DNA of 60,039 nucleotides, filler included, from Fonticula-like sp. SCN 57-25 (taxonomy: Eukaryota): assembly GCA_001724245.1 (NCBI GenBank). It is 4 parts of 4 records of this genome, joined end to end, with 100 filler letters (N's around TTAATTAATTAA, not from the genome) between each part and the next. Parts side by side here need not be neighbours in the genome. Positions count along the whole stretch, not along the records: positions 1 to 14,537 come from MEDX01000157.1; 3 more parts are not named here. One strand, given 5' to 3'. Position 1 is the stretch's first letter. The number at the start of each line of letters is the position of its first letter. Below the pieces are notes generated by a model, which had not been told where the DNA came from, made no database searches, and saw nothing but the letters and a program-made list of their open reading frames with translations. Both the position numbers and the translations under genes were made by a program. Shown here in pieces: positions 1-13,100 of this stretch.

Positions 1-950
1 AATACTCGTCGCGCAGCAGAATCGGATCTTGGGCGGGCGGGCGGAAAGGGTTATGCTCGGCCGACTGGTTGCGCGAGCTGATATCCTTGATGCGGCTGCG
101 GAGGTGGGTGACTTGCGCTCGAACGGTGATTTTTCTTTTCATACTCATTTCCGTTGCGAGTATTTCCTCCATTGCGTTCAGTCGGCGCTCAAGTTTCTTA
201 AGTTGGGCATCGTCGTGCCGGCGGAGGTCCTCAAAACGCTGCTTCTCGACAGCTTTCTCCTGCTCGAGTAGCTCGGTCTCTTTTGTCTTCAGCAAGTGGA
301 TAATCCGCTGCGACGCCCCCTTCTGCAGGTCGGCAAGAGAATATCCGAGTATCTTTGCCACACGCTCTTCAACGCTCAGCTTGGCGTTTGGCTTCTGTCG
401 GTTCGTCGGAAGCAGCTCGGCGATGAGGTTCCGCGCCTTCCTCAGGGTATCCCCGGGGATCAGCGCCTCGACAGGATCGTCCGAGTCGCCAAACCAGTTT
501 CTGAGCTGAATGGCGGCGCGCTTTACAAGCCTGACCGTCACCGCGACGGCGCGCTTAGCCCCTTCTGAAGCCAGGCCTCGGCCCAACTGTTCAAACTGAT
601 CAATCGTAAGCGGTGACTGCGAGTCCTTGCACACATCTTCGGCATCCGCAAAGTCGGCAAGATCAAAGTCGTCCGGAAAGTTGGGGTACGCGCTCTTGAC
701 AAGCTCCGCGAAGGTAAACAAGAGTCGGAGCGCCCTGTCCTCATCTACTCGAGCACTTTAGTTTTCTAAAAAATAGGCGCCCCCTCGTCCAACTCGTACC
801 TTTGTGGTCTGTGCGCAGCTCACGATTATGAAGAAGAGGAAGCATCGTCTCGTAGCTTTCCAATACCTCGAAAATGTCCGCATCGTCGCTGCCGAACAAC
901 TCAACGAGCCGGCGCTCGCTGTTGTCCGGCGCCGTCGAGTCGAACGTCAT
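1..950 (-). CDS. Hypothetical helical/coiled-coil protein, 5' part (runs off window start), head-to-head with the RNF213-like gene
   Basis: ATG at 950 (MTFDSTAPDNSERRLVELF...). Removing intron 799..745 (GTACGA...TAG) gives a frame that stays open to base 1, with a charged coiled-coil stretch (ELLEQEKAVEKQRFEDLRR...LKKLERRLNAMEE). No family recognised. Confidence 0.6.
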
Positions 951-1170
951 GGGCACGGCGGCACACACTCGTCAGTCACTCCGCCCTGGCAGCAGGCAGC
1001 CCTGCTTTGCAAAATGTTTGCAGCCACCTGTTTGAAGTCGAATCTGAGACGACCGACGGCGAATGATGGCTGAATATGGCCGGTTCGTTTCAGTCAACTT
1101 GATACGGTAAGACGAAATGTCACTCGAGGCAGACATTTCACCACGTGGCCGCGAGTGACAGCCTCGAGGG

Positions 1171-4100
1171 ATGGCGAGGTTCCTCGACGGTGTCCGGCGG
1201 CTATTCGGGGTGTCTGGTGGCGACGAGGACGACTACTCTGGCTTCGTGTCGCCGGCCACGTTTTGGAAGCGCAAGCGGTCATCGTCACATTTGAATCTAC
1301 ATGTGGTGCTTGACGCGCGCGATGCGGATGACGCGGAAGCGCTGTTTGGGATCCCTTGGCGCCTCTCGGTGGCAGCAAGCCCGGAGGGCAAGGCGGTGCT
1401 CCCCGACATAGCGACACGCAGCGAGCTTATATTTCACTTGTGTTTTGCACTTCCGCTGGATTCCGACCTTAATTCGTTGCATCTCATATTGGATGGCGTG
1501 ATGTCGTCCCGGATTAGCGTCTCTGCCCTGTCGGCCGGTGAGTGCGCCCTGTCGGCGACACATGTCACGCTTCTGCCCGAGTCTGTCACACCGAGGCCGC
1601 TTTGTGGTGTAATTGATTTACTGTATCGCTCCGCTTTCGAGAACGGCGGGGTTCATATGTGCCAATCGCTCGTGGACGATCAGCCTGCCGTGCGCCCGCT
1701 GGCCTCCGCATTGCTCTCGGGCGCCTCCGACGCCCGCATAGCCGTCTTTGAGCTTCTGCTTTCGTACAACGTGTTTATTGAAACGGACGTATGGCTTTCG
1801 TGTTTTGCGTTGCTTTCATTGGATAAGCTCAGGAGCCCCATCTCCTGGGTGCCATCGCTGGCGCACGCGCGCGCAATCGACCCGGGCAGCGCCCATTTCC
1901 TCGACCGTGCCGAGGCCCTGGCGACTAACAGCCCCAATAGCGCGCGCTTTATTATGGAGGTTATTGCGCCAAGCTCGTCGCTCCTGTCGTTTGCTGATCA
2001 CCGAAGGCTTCTATTGCTGTTTATGGCTACCGCAGGAGGCCTCGATGATCCCCGGTGGGACGAATGGCTGCAAGTACCAGCTGCTCTGAAGGTGTTATTT
2101 AGTCAGAGCGATCAGGCAGCAGAGGTAGCCGATGCCCGTCTTGCTAAGCTGGCCGTCCGCCGGCATGCCTTGGAGCTGCAGAGAGGGGTGGCAGGCGCGC
2201 TCCAGTTGTGTGGGCAATACTTCCGCGCGCTGCGGGTGTACCGCACGGACGAGCGCTTTGAGAAGACGGTGGCTGTTCTTAGACGTGATCATGTAATCGA
2301 ATTAGGCACGCTTGCCAAGGATGATCGCGAGATGGCACTTGTGCTAAGCATGCTTGCTGCGTCGGCACACGCATGGCCGCCCTCTGCCGCCGTCGAGTTT
2401 TGTCGCAAGGTTGTTGAACTCCCGGTTGTGGAGGATACAGTGCTCAAGACGTATTTAAACGCGATTTCTTTTATCTGGGATCAGCAGGCAAGCCTTGAAG
2501 AAGACAAGAAGCTGGTGATGTGCTGGACTGCACCGAGCGCATGCCAAGAGGTACAACTTGCTCTCCGTCGTGAGCTGTCAAACAAGATCCAGAATATTTC
2601 AACGACGAAAGGCGATCGTATGGACCTTCTTTTTGAGCTCGCCATGGCCAAGCAGCACGCTTTGCTTTTTAGCCATGCTGTGTGGGAGTCGCATCGGGTC
2701 GCGGCGTTGCGCCATCTTGCCTCATTGGATATCATTTCCGCACTCGGGCTGGCGAGTTTGTTTGGCGACAGCGATGCGGAGGCCGCGGACGCGTGCTTGA
2801 GCCACCTGGTTACTACTCGGTTATCTTCGACTCCGCTATTTGTGAATGGGCAGCTGGCTTTCCATTGTGTCGAGCATTGGAAGCCTCTTGTCGTTGCCAT
2901 TGTTTCCCGTCGCCGAAAGCCTCAGGTCACCACGCTGGGGCAGCTCCTTGTTGACATTACACACTTCTTTGACGCCATGCTGGCAAACTGCAAGGCGCGT
3001 AAAGTGACGAAACGCGTTGTTCACTTGTGGCTTGATCATTGGGCAGATATTATGCAGCTTGGGGATGCAGTCCGCATCGACCTTACTCAACACCATGCCA
3101 GCGCCAGAGAATGCATGACGTATTTCGATTATGCAGAGCGCGTTTGGGAATGCATTTCCCGGTTTGAGATTGCTTGGCGCTCAACCGCGCAGACGCTGCC
3201 GCCGTTTTCCTACCTCGCCACCTGCAAGGAGAAGTGCCGCTTTGACAGCATGCTGTATGAGGTGGAGAGCGCATTGCCGCCGCGCGATTTTAAAAGCGTT
3301 GCCGACACTCTGCGTCGTTTGACCGCTACGGCTGAGCAGCCGCAGTTTGCTTTTGTGGCGCGGTTGGTCGTGGGTGCAGCAGCTGACTTCAAGGCTACTA
3401 GCGAGGGCGCCATTGCATGGCTCTCCGCTGCCGCCAAATCTATTGGCTTTTGTAGTCAGGCCTACACGCAGCGCACTGTGCTTGTGTCCGACGTTTTGAG
3501 TCTTACTGAAACTTCGGCAAACTTTGAGGAAGATATTGCGGCGTTGTGTATTGCCGCGCAGGTCGCAGCTGGAGACCGTGATGCTGCAGTTCGGTCCTGT
3601 GTGAATGCACTCTCTTGGTATGAGGTGAGGAATCGGCGCAACGAGATCTTTGGTGCGCTGCGCGACGCGTGCGCGCCTAATGTGGAGTCGGACCCAGCGT
3701 GGAGAGTGCTTTTCACTGAGCTTTCCGAGCCGACAACGACTGTGGCGCTTTGCGAGGCGAGCGCGCTCCGTGCGGCGCGGTGTAACCATGCTAGTGAGCT
3801 TACGCCGCCAGCCGTTACTGCATTCCTTCGATGCGTGCCGAATGCTAAGAATGCGATTGAGTGGCTGATGCGGATTCCGGCGACGCAGACATTTGAAAAG
3901 GAGGCGCAGCTGCTTAACTCGCATGAAGACGCGGAGCTGAAGCGCCTGCACCGCCTTCTTATCTCGGTGCAGGTCGCACGCCGATGGCTGCAGCGCCTTG
4001 GCTTTGAGGAGATGCGGAGGCCAACCACGAGTCACCTTGCAGCGATGCTTGCGACTGAGGCGATTGACGAGAGGGCAGCTGAGGCACTGAGTCAAGTTGA

Positions 4101-7100
4101 ACGGTTCCTTCACGAGATCATTGCCGGTCTTGGTGACGTGCGCTGTTGCTACGCACTAGTATGGGGTACTTACTCGCCTCTAGATTTCCAATGGACAAGG
4201 CAAGGCCAGCCTGTTGATTCAGCGCGCTCAACAGCTAGTGAAGGGTGCTACTTTTTCCGTTTCTGCGCAATTGACGGATCGCAAAGTCGTCGTGGAGGCG
4301 TCTGTTCAGTTCCCCGCCCCCGATACGACGTGCTGGCCTCTTGGACAGATTCACATGCAGCTTCTTAAGATGATGATTGCGAGCAACAGGAATGGCCTTG
4401 GCGGCGACAGCAGCGAAGAAGGAAGGGAATTGCAACATGCGATTGACGCTCTTTCGACTGTTATATACATTGCGGACCTGTACAAGGAGCTTGCCAATGG
4501 GCATTGCCTTTGGAATCTTCCCGCGCGCGTCCAGTGGCACGGAGCGGATGCTGCAACGACGAGTATGTGGCAAGAGTATGCAGACTTGCTTCGATCCGAC
4601 GTGACGACTTGGGAGGAGCAGCGCCAATCCATGTTTATCAAACATCGCACACTCAACTACCTATCGCCGCGCAGTATCTTTCTTCTTTCTGATGCCCTTT
4701 CACGAGCCTCGTCCGCCTCTGTCCGCGCCATTTTGCGCACGATTGACTCCGCCTTTGCCGCCTATAATTCGGCCCATTGGAGCGCAGTCCAGGACGAGAT
4801 GCCGCTGGACGAGGAACCGAATGTCACCTCGCTACCGCGGCTTGGGAATGCTTTGGTCAAGCTTGAGCGCGTTGCCTGCTATTTGAACAAATCGTTTGGC
4901 CGCTTGCAGCTTTGCGGCGGACCCACTGCGCAACAGATTTCGCCAGGTGTCCGCGCCATCAGCATTAATGATTGCAACATGTGGCCGAGCGCTGTGCTTA
5001 CCGTATTTGATGACCGCATGCCGCTCTCTGTCCAGATGCTTTATGGCCTTGCAGAGACGACGGACGAGCAAGTTGATCGATTTTTGCGTCTTGTATCCTT
5101 GAACGCTGGCCGGTCGGAGTGTGTTTTCATGATTACCGGTATGGAGAATCTGCGAGGCGACTTGGCGATTCGTGTGGTGACACGGCTCGCCGCGGAGCGG
5201 AGCATGTCTGCCCGCGTGTTCGTTCTCATTTCCCACAGCGGCATGGCCAATGCGGCCAACGAGACCCTGCAGGATCTCGTTCGGCGACTTCCCGTCGCGA
5301 CACTACATCTACACCAGCTCGAAACGATTCGGAAGCGCGTGGTATCCTTTTTGCAGAAGAGCAGCGTGACATTGCAGGTTGTTTGGTCGAAGGAGGCGGG
5401 TGCTGGCAAATCTGTCGCGGCGCGTGCATTTTTAAAGGGTAATGAATCACACGCGGCAACGTTTGCCGTGCATTCTCAGCTCTCAGTGATTGTGACGCAG
5501 CTCAACATTCTCCTGGCGCGCACATCACATGAAACACACAAATCGCAGGAACCTAGGAGGATACTTTTGCACTGGGCGCGTACTGATGAAAGCAACGAGA
5601 AGGCCGCTTGGGACGCGCGTCAGACCGTGCTACTTTTTCAGTACCTCATCAACGGCTTTATCACGGATGACTGTGGTGCAACGGCCCTCCTTCATCCGTA
5701 CTCCTCCACGCGCATTGCGATTGAGCTTATCGAGGTACGATGATTTGCCCGCCACCGTGCAATACTCATTCGTTGTGTCCATAGCCGACGCAGGATATCT
5801 CGGTCAATGGGTTGCTCAATCTGCTGCCTAGTAAGTGCGTTAAGGAAGGGCTCGCAGTGTCCAAAGATGCCACGGAAGAGTATCTACCTGCCCGCGTCTC
5901 GCAGATGCGCTCGTACATGGCGTTCTTGGATCGCACGCTTCCTCAGCTGCCCAGCGAGCAACGGCGCGCCGCGCATGAATCAGCGATGACATGGTTTGTG
6001 GCAAGCGAAGAGCGGCCATCATGGTCCGATGCGTTGCGCCTTCTCCCGCCCATCATGTCCGCCGGTGATTCGCCAAAGCTCGTTGTACCGGACCGGAGCC
6101 ACGCCGCGGCTGCGTACATCGATATTTTACCCGAGAGTTTCGCAGAGGAGCAGCTGTGCGTTCTTTTTGGTGATTTGTGCGTGCAGCGATTGAAAGAGTC
6201 GCAGCCGGCTTTTGCCTTTACGCGTGATATCGTTGCCCGACTTGGGCTACTCTCCACCCTCTACGCCGCGGGTGTTCCCGTCATTATGCGGGGCGAAACC
6301 GGTACTGGAAAGACGTACCTTGTGCGCTGCCTCGGTCTGCTGCTGGACGTGGCTGTCCACGTGCTTGATGTGTTTGATGGTGTTACAGAGTCGGACGTCT
6401 ACGACTTTGTTAACAGATGTGCGCTCGTTTTCTCTATAGTGCGACGCTGCGTATTCACCTTCATTCCACGTTAGGCATTGTGGAGTCCCCAGGGGACCGC
6501 CCGGCGATCGTGTTCTTTGACGAGGTCAACACGTCACATGCTCTTCACGTGATTCGCCAGGTGTGTCTTGACCGCCGCACAAGATTCCCCGCGCGGATTC
6601 CATCCGGGTGGGGCTTTATGGCAGCATGTAATCCTTACCGGGCTCCAGCCGACTGCGCTGCATCGGGGTGGCTGCGTCCGTACGCGGTTCTTAAGGAGCC
6701 TGCCTCCTTTGAGCCGTATATTTGGGGGGTGGAGGGGTTGCGCGGCCCCTCTGAGCGGTACTTTATCAATGTTTTGTGCGCCCAGATGCTTCCGCCAGAC
6801 AAGGTTGCAACGGCCGAGGCCGCAATTGCTGGGGCGCAGGACGTGCTGCGGAGGTGTTCGCCCGCGCTTACGATGAGTTTGCGGGACGTGAAGCGGTGCC
6901 TGTATGTTGCCGCTTGGGTTTTGCGTCAGGTAAAGGGAGACGTGTTTCCATCAAATCCACAAGACGCCCTTGTCCTTTCGCTTGGGCTATGCTACGCGCT
7001 AAAGCTCGAGCGCAGCAAAGATCGCGAGGCGCTCGGGGCTGCGGTCGCCACGTCACTTCAGGTAAGCGACTCGCACCTTGACGCAGTCCTGCTCAAGACG

Positions 7101-10100
7101 TCAAAGGAACTTGTTCGACAACTGGAGCCCTTTGAGCGCGACGTGTCCGCCAACTGGCACTTGCGCGAGAATCTGCTGATATCCTTTGTTTGCATCATGG
7201 CACGTGTCCCTTTGTTTCTTGTCGGAGAGCCGGGCTCGTCCAAGAACCTCGCGTTGTCCCTGCTCATCGACAAGTGTCGCGGCGAAGTGGCACAGAATGC
7301 GTTTTTGAAGCGCTACCCGCGAGTTCAGTCTTTTCCTCTTCAGTGCTCGGCAAGTACAAAAAGCGACGCCATTGGTGATGTGTTTGTGTCGGCGCGCGAG
7401 TTTGAAGATAGCGTAGGCGAAGCGCACGTGCGGTGTGTTGTCGTGTTGGATGAGGTTGCTCTGGCCTCTGCCGAGGCTCTGCCCGTGCTGCATACACATT
7501 TACGTCCGCCTGCTGACGAGCTTGACGATATCGCGGGTGGCATGGCGTTTGTCGGCATAGCACATCAAGTCCTCGATCTCTCCAAGATGAACCGCGGGCT
7601 GGTCCGCATCGCCATGAGTGAGCGCACGCTGTTTGAGGACTTTGTCCATATCACCTTGCCTACGGACGCGCTTGAGGCCTCTGAGACTAGAGCTCTTGTG
7701 GATGGCTTCCACTCCCTCCTTGTTGATTCCAACGTGCTCGGACGTTTTTACGGGCTTCGCGACTTTTACGCTGCCGTGAACATTCTGTCGCGGCTGTTGC
7801 GTCACGGCCCGGCGACCCTTGCAGCCAAGCAAGCTGCTTTATTGCGAGTTGTACAGCGCTGCTTCAACGGCCGTGCTGGCGATAGCGATACTGTCATGAG
7901 TCATTTGTTTGGCCTGCTTGAGTGGTCGCTACCGGCGCAGATAGCTGACGCAACGCGTGTTCCCGTTCGTGACCTGCTTCTCGAATGTCTCGCGGAGCCG
8001 ATGGGGCGCCACCTTCTTGTGTCCACTCGACAGCTTTCGGCGATGCACGATTTGATGCGCGATGGCACGATTCGACTACCCGACGGGACGCAGCGGCCGG
8101 CCGAGTTTCTCTCGGGTCCTGTTTTGCCCGGTGGAAACGCGGCAGCTATCTTTCAGGACGCGCTGCTTCGCGTGAAAGAGTGCATGTCATTTGGGCGGAT
8201 TCTTTTTCTCTACGCTGTACCATACCTGCACGAGACACTGTACGACGTTCTCAATCGGCGGGACGTGGTCATTGACGCTGGGCGCTACGCGCGTCTGGCC
8301 GTCGGCCCGCACAGCGACCTTTGCTATGTTCACAAGAACTTCCGCATCGTCCTGCTAGTTGAACCGGACGAGGCTGCGCTCCTTGAACCGCCGCTGCTCA
8401 ACCGTTTTGAGAAGCACGTGCATGTACATTCGCTCGGCAGTAATCAGCTTTTTGATTGGGCACATGCCGTTGCAGGCAACAGCAAGGCCGCTCTTCGCGA
8501 TATGATTGTTGCGAGCGACACCTCGCGCCTGATTAATAGCTTGGCACAGACTGGCCGCCCCCTTTCCGAACTGAAACTCGCACTTGGCCGTTTGGTTCGC
8601 CCGGCCGTTGCATTGGCTCTCGACGCGTGCAAGCCAGGGTTAGGTGGTCCGCTCCGTGCCGTTCTCGATGATGTGATCAATGCCCAAGGTGTTCAGCTTG
8701 CTGCGTTCATCGAGGCGGCGGCCGAGCTGCCTAAAGATCGTACACCGGCTCAGTCGCTGACGCTGACTCGATTTCTTCGCTTGGCCGACAATGCGCCCGT
8801 TGGCAATCGCTGGATCATTATGGCCAACCCGACGATGGCGCAGTATGGGGGACGCCAGACATCTGTAATCACCGTGCAACCGGACATGACGCACGCCGCG
8901 TTTGTCAAGCAGCTTGATGCCTTCATGTCTGACAGTGCAAAGCGACTACTAGTCGTGACGCTGTACATAGGCAGCACAGTCTTTTTTTCGATGGCTGGTG
9001 TTGCGCGGCTAGCGCTCGTCTGCGACAGCACCCAGCAAACATGCCATGTTTCAGAGGGGCTCAAGAGCGTCGCTCTCGTAGCGGTGGTCTCGGGAGCCGC
9101 GTGGCGCACGGTGCAGCCCGAGCCTGTGCCTGGATGGGCGCTTGTGTTTGCCGACACTCCCGACGGGATGCCAGCGCCCATGACGGACTTCTTCGAGCAT
9201 CGTGACATAGTGCCGCGCCGCTCGTTGCTTAGCCTGATTCGTTCTCCTGATGAGGCGTATAACAAGGCGACGACGGAGCGCGCGTTGACACTGGCTGTCT
9301 CGCACGTGCACTTTGAGGGGACGCACAGTGTTTCGCCCGAGGCTCTCATGCGAGTAGTACAGCTGCTGCGGAGCGAAGTAGGTGCGCTTCTCGATGCATC
9401 CGAGAATGATGCGACAGACTGGGTGAGCATGCTGTGGACGGAAAATAAGCCGCTCGTATACTTGTCTTTGGCGTCTCTTCTTCAAACGCGCATCGAGTCG
9501 CACATTGCCAAGGTTCTTCAAAAGTATCTAGTGGTGTTTTTGAGCCACATGCAGGCGCTACCGGCGACGGAGCACCGCCTGGCGCCAATATTTGCAGCTC
9601 TTGGGCCAATCGCAATGCTTCCAGATATCACGCAGCAAAAGGTGGTCGCTGATTTTGAGTGCAGTTACCCGATGGCCAAATTTACTTGGGAGGCCATCAG
9701 CAAGGTGGACCGGGAATTGGCCGCCAGTCAACAGTGCGCGTTTAATGGGAGGGGTTCTGGATTGCCTCTAACTATCTTGCACAGCATCACGAGATCGACC
9801 TTGGAGAGTGATTTGATGCTACGCAGCGACATCTTGGTTGCAACTATCAAAGAGCATAACTATGTTGATCTCTATCAGCGCGACTTTGCACGGCTGGAAG
9901 ATGCCACCAAGGATTTTCCGAGTGGTTTAGCCTCTTGCTTGCTGCGCTCGCTCTCCGCTACAGGTATATTCCTCGTGTTCCATCGCGCCGTTGCTCATGT
10001 ATCGCGCGACAGATATTATAGATCTACACCTCAAGTTCGCCGCTTTGCGCCCGCGCTTGCTAGAGTTGCGATCCATCGTCAACAGCGTAGCTGAATGGCG

Positions 10101-13100
10101 CGAAGCGTGCGCCGGGCTTGCTTTGCGGGAGGCCGTTGTTTCTATCGACACTTTTGTAGAGCAGGTACGCCATATCTTGCCAGTACCGAGGTGTTTTTCC
10201 TTATCCCTATACCCGCAGATTTTGAGAGTTTGCCTTGATGTGACCCAGCCTCGAAGGCTGGACAGCCTTGACGCCGCGCGTCAGTGGTCTGCCGCTTACC
10301 TGCGTCCGCTCGTCAGCGTGCGCGCGCTGCTCCATGCAGACGGCGGCGAGCTTGGCCAACGTATCACGAACCTTCAGTTCTCTGCTTTCCTTATAGCGAC
10401 CGTCGCGGTTCCGTATCCGGACGTTTGGGAATCGGCAAAGCTACTCCTGTGCGCAATTGACGAATCTGTGGGGCAGGCTACTGTATATTGCGAAGAGATT
10501 GTTCGCGCGTGCCCTTCTGCGACCGCGCTTATCCTTGATTGGGCATTCACTTTGGAGAATGAGATCGCCGACCCGGTGCGCCGCAACAAACCATAAATTT
10601 TATCTTAACAAACTAAATGACTTTTGTAGATCCTCGACTTGTTCGATATTCCCCCGTATGCGCGACTTCGAAATTTCACATATCGCTTGCGCGATGTCGA
10701 AAGCTGTCCTAGCGACCTTCCAATCAACTGCACCCCAAACAAGATGACTGTCCTTGATGACGATACGGCTGTAGTGCAAGTCTTCATGCTCAAGTGGATG
10801 CACCTGAGTAGCGATGAACTAGAGAAGCAAGTCGAGCGCGCGGGCGACTCCCTCCTTTATATTGCGGCCGCGCAACTGCTCATAAAACGCATCATGGCTG
10901 CGCAAGCCAAAACGCTGGACAAGGCATCTTGCAGGCAACTGGCTAATTTGCTACCCGACTCGGCGCCGCACGTCGAGGCGCTTCGGCGGCAGTGTATGCG
11001 GGATATAATCGAACACGCCCGCGGGCTAGAGCAAGCGATGGCTGCCATTCGGCAGCAGCACGTAGGCAAAATGCTTCCTTGGCTTTTTGTCTTTGCGCAG
11101 CAACTTCATTCTCTCGAGCAGGGCTCGGCCGTTCGACTGTACGACAACGCGGACACTGTGCTCCACACAGCGTTCTCCGAATGCGCACGAAATGATCATG
11201 CGAGAAGTGATGAAGTTGAGAGAACGCTGGGCGGCCCCTTGCGCGCATGCATGCTTCTGCAGCTACACAGCATGGTACGCAGATCGAACTTCAAATGTAG
11301 TGATGTGCGCGACTCACAACTTGATCCAGAGCCTCAGTGGAAAGGACGTGTGGTGGATGGCCCCGTCGGTGACACAGCTACCCAGTATCGTCGCGGCAAG
11401 CTCTGAGCCAGATGATGTGAAGCTGGCAATCCTGGCAGGCCACTGCTATGTGGCTTTCGTCGGCGGGACTGGTCTGCTATCCCAGCTTCTAAGTAGCCCT
11501 GGCCAGCTGCGCAATACCCCTTTGCCTGGCATGCCCGAGAATATCATTTCTGTGGCCGAGCGACTCATGGGGCAGATGGGCGGTACCAGACTGTACATGT
11601 GTGCCAACTGCAACGAGCCTTTTATGATTGGTAATTGCGGCATGGCAATGCAGGAAGGAAGGTGCACGCGATGTAACGGTCCAATCGGAGGCGCCCAACA
11701 TGTACTCGTACGTGTTCCCCTATCTGGCAGCTACCTATTGCTTACAGCTTGGACTTCAATAGCGTCACGGGCGCGAGTTTAATCGCGCATCCGCAGAGCC
11801 CTTCCTTGGCTATGTCGAGGTTCGCGGCGACGACGTCCTGGTCCGAAACATGACGCGACAAACGGGCCATTTGTTGCAGGCCCTGCTCACGCTTGCCCTG
11901 AACACCGCCTCGCTTTTGAAAACCGGCGCGTCGGATATCGTGCGGGACCGCTCTCCGGTTGACTTTGCCGCCGCGTGCAAGAATCACATTGGCCAGCTGG
12001 CGAGGTACGCATCTATCAAATTTCTTGGTAAACGGACCCTGACGCGCCCGATGTTGCCGACAGGGTATGGGGCGTTGACGATGCGCGCGTGTACGACGCC
12101 CTGCACGTTCTTTTGTGGAGGCCTCAGGCGCTGCATTTACATCGCTTGGCCGAGGGCTGCAGCGAGCAGGATCGCGACAACTGGGAAGCTGCGTTTACGC
12201 AAAGCGCACAGCGTTGGCTTGAGGGCCGCGTACACACCGTTGCGGATGCGATGGCGCGGTGCAATGATAATGCGACCAAAGCGGGCTTGCTTAAGAGCGA
12301 GATTACTTGCCAGGTCCCCTCCTCCGTGATGACAACCGACTATATGGTGACAAAGCTGCCGCACCTTTTTTTACCGCTGCCGTCCGACCCGTCCGAGGCG
12401 TTCCTGCGTCAGCTCAATCAAACGCAGCGCCTCCAAGACTCCCATCCGTTTCTCCACGCCCTCTTTGTCGGCCGTGGTAACATAGTGTTTGATGCGGAGC
12501 AGGCGGACGCGCTGTGGGACGTGATGCGCGTTCTGCAAGGGCTTGCCGACGCACAGCCCATTATTGGCAGCGAGTTTACTATGGCAGACGCGCAGACAAT
12601 TACGATTCAAGACGCGCTGGAGCGCTCGCCGGCACTGTATGCCGCCATCGGGCACTTGCTCGCGCCGATGGAGCATCTGTGGCGCGTCATGAGCCTCGAT
12701 GGCCGTGCGGAGTGCCAGGCCGTGCAGCTCAACGATCTTCCTCCGACGGTGCGCTCCATACCCGCGGTCTCGCTTGTGCTAATCCCGCGCGCAGAGCCCG
12801 CTGGTCCGCATTGTTCACAGCGTGTCTGAGCCCACCGAGATCTCCGTCCTCATGGACACGGCGTGCCGCGCCAACAACGCGATTCTCTCGGCCGCGCGCC
12901 GGTCTATTGGCGGCAATGAGCTTCTTCCGGCCGACGACGACGAAGAAATGCACGTGACCGAGCCGGGCGCTTCCTTTGTTGGTCCCCCAGATGGGCGCGC
13001 TTCGCGCTCGAGGTACTTGAACGACTTGCTAAGCCAAGTGATGAGTCCTTTGAGATTTGTCGGGGACGATGGCGTACCGCAGTCCGTGCCCGTGAACCTT

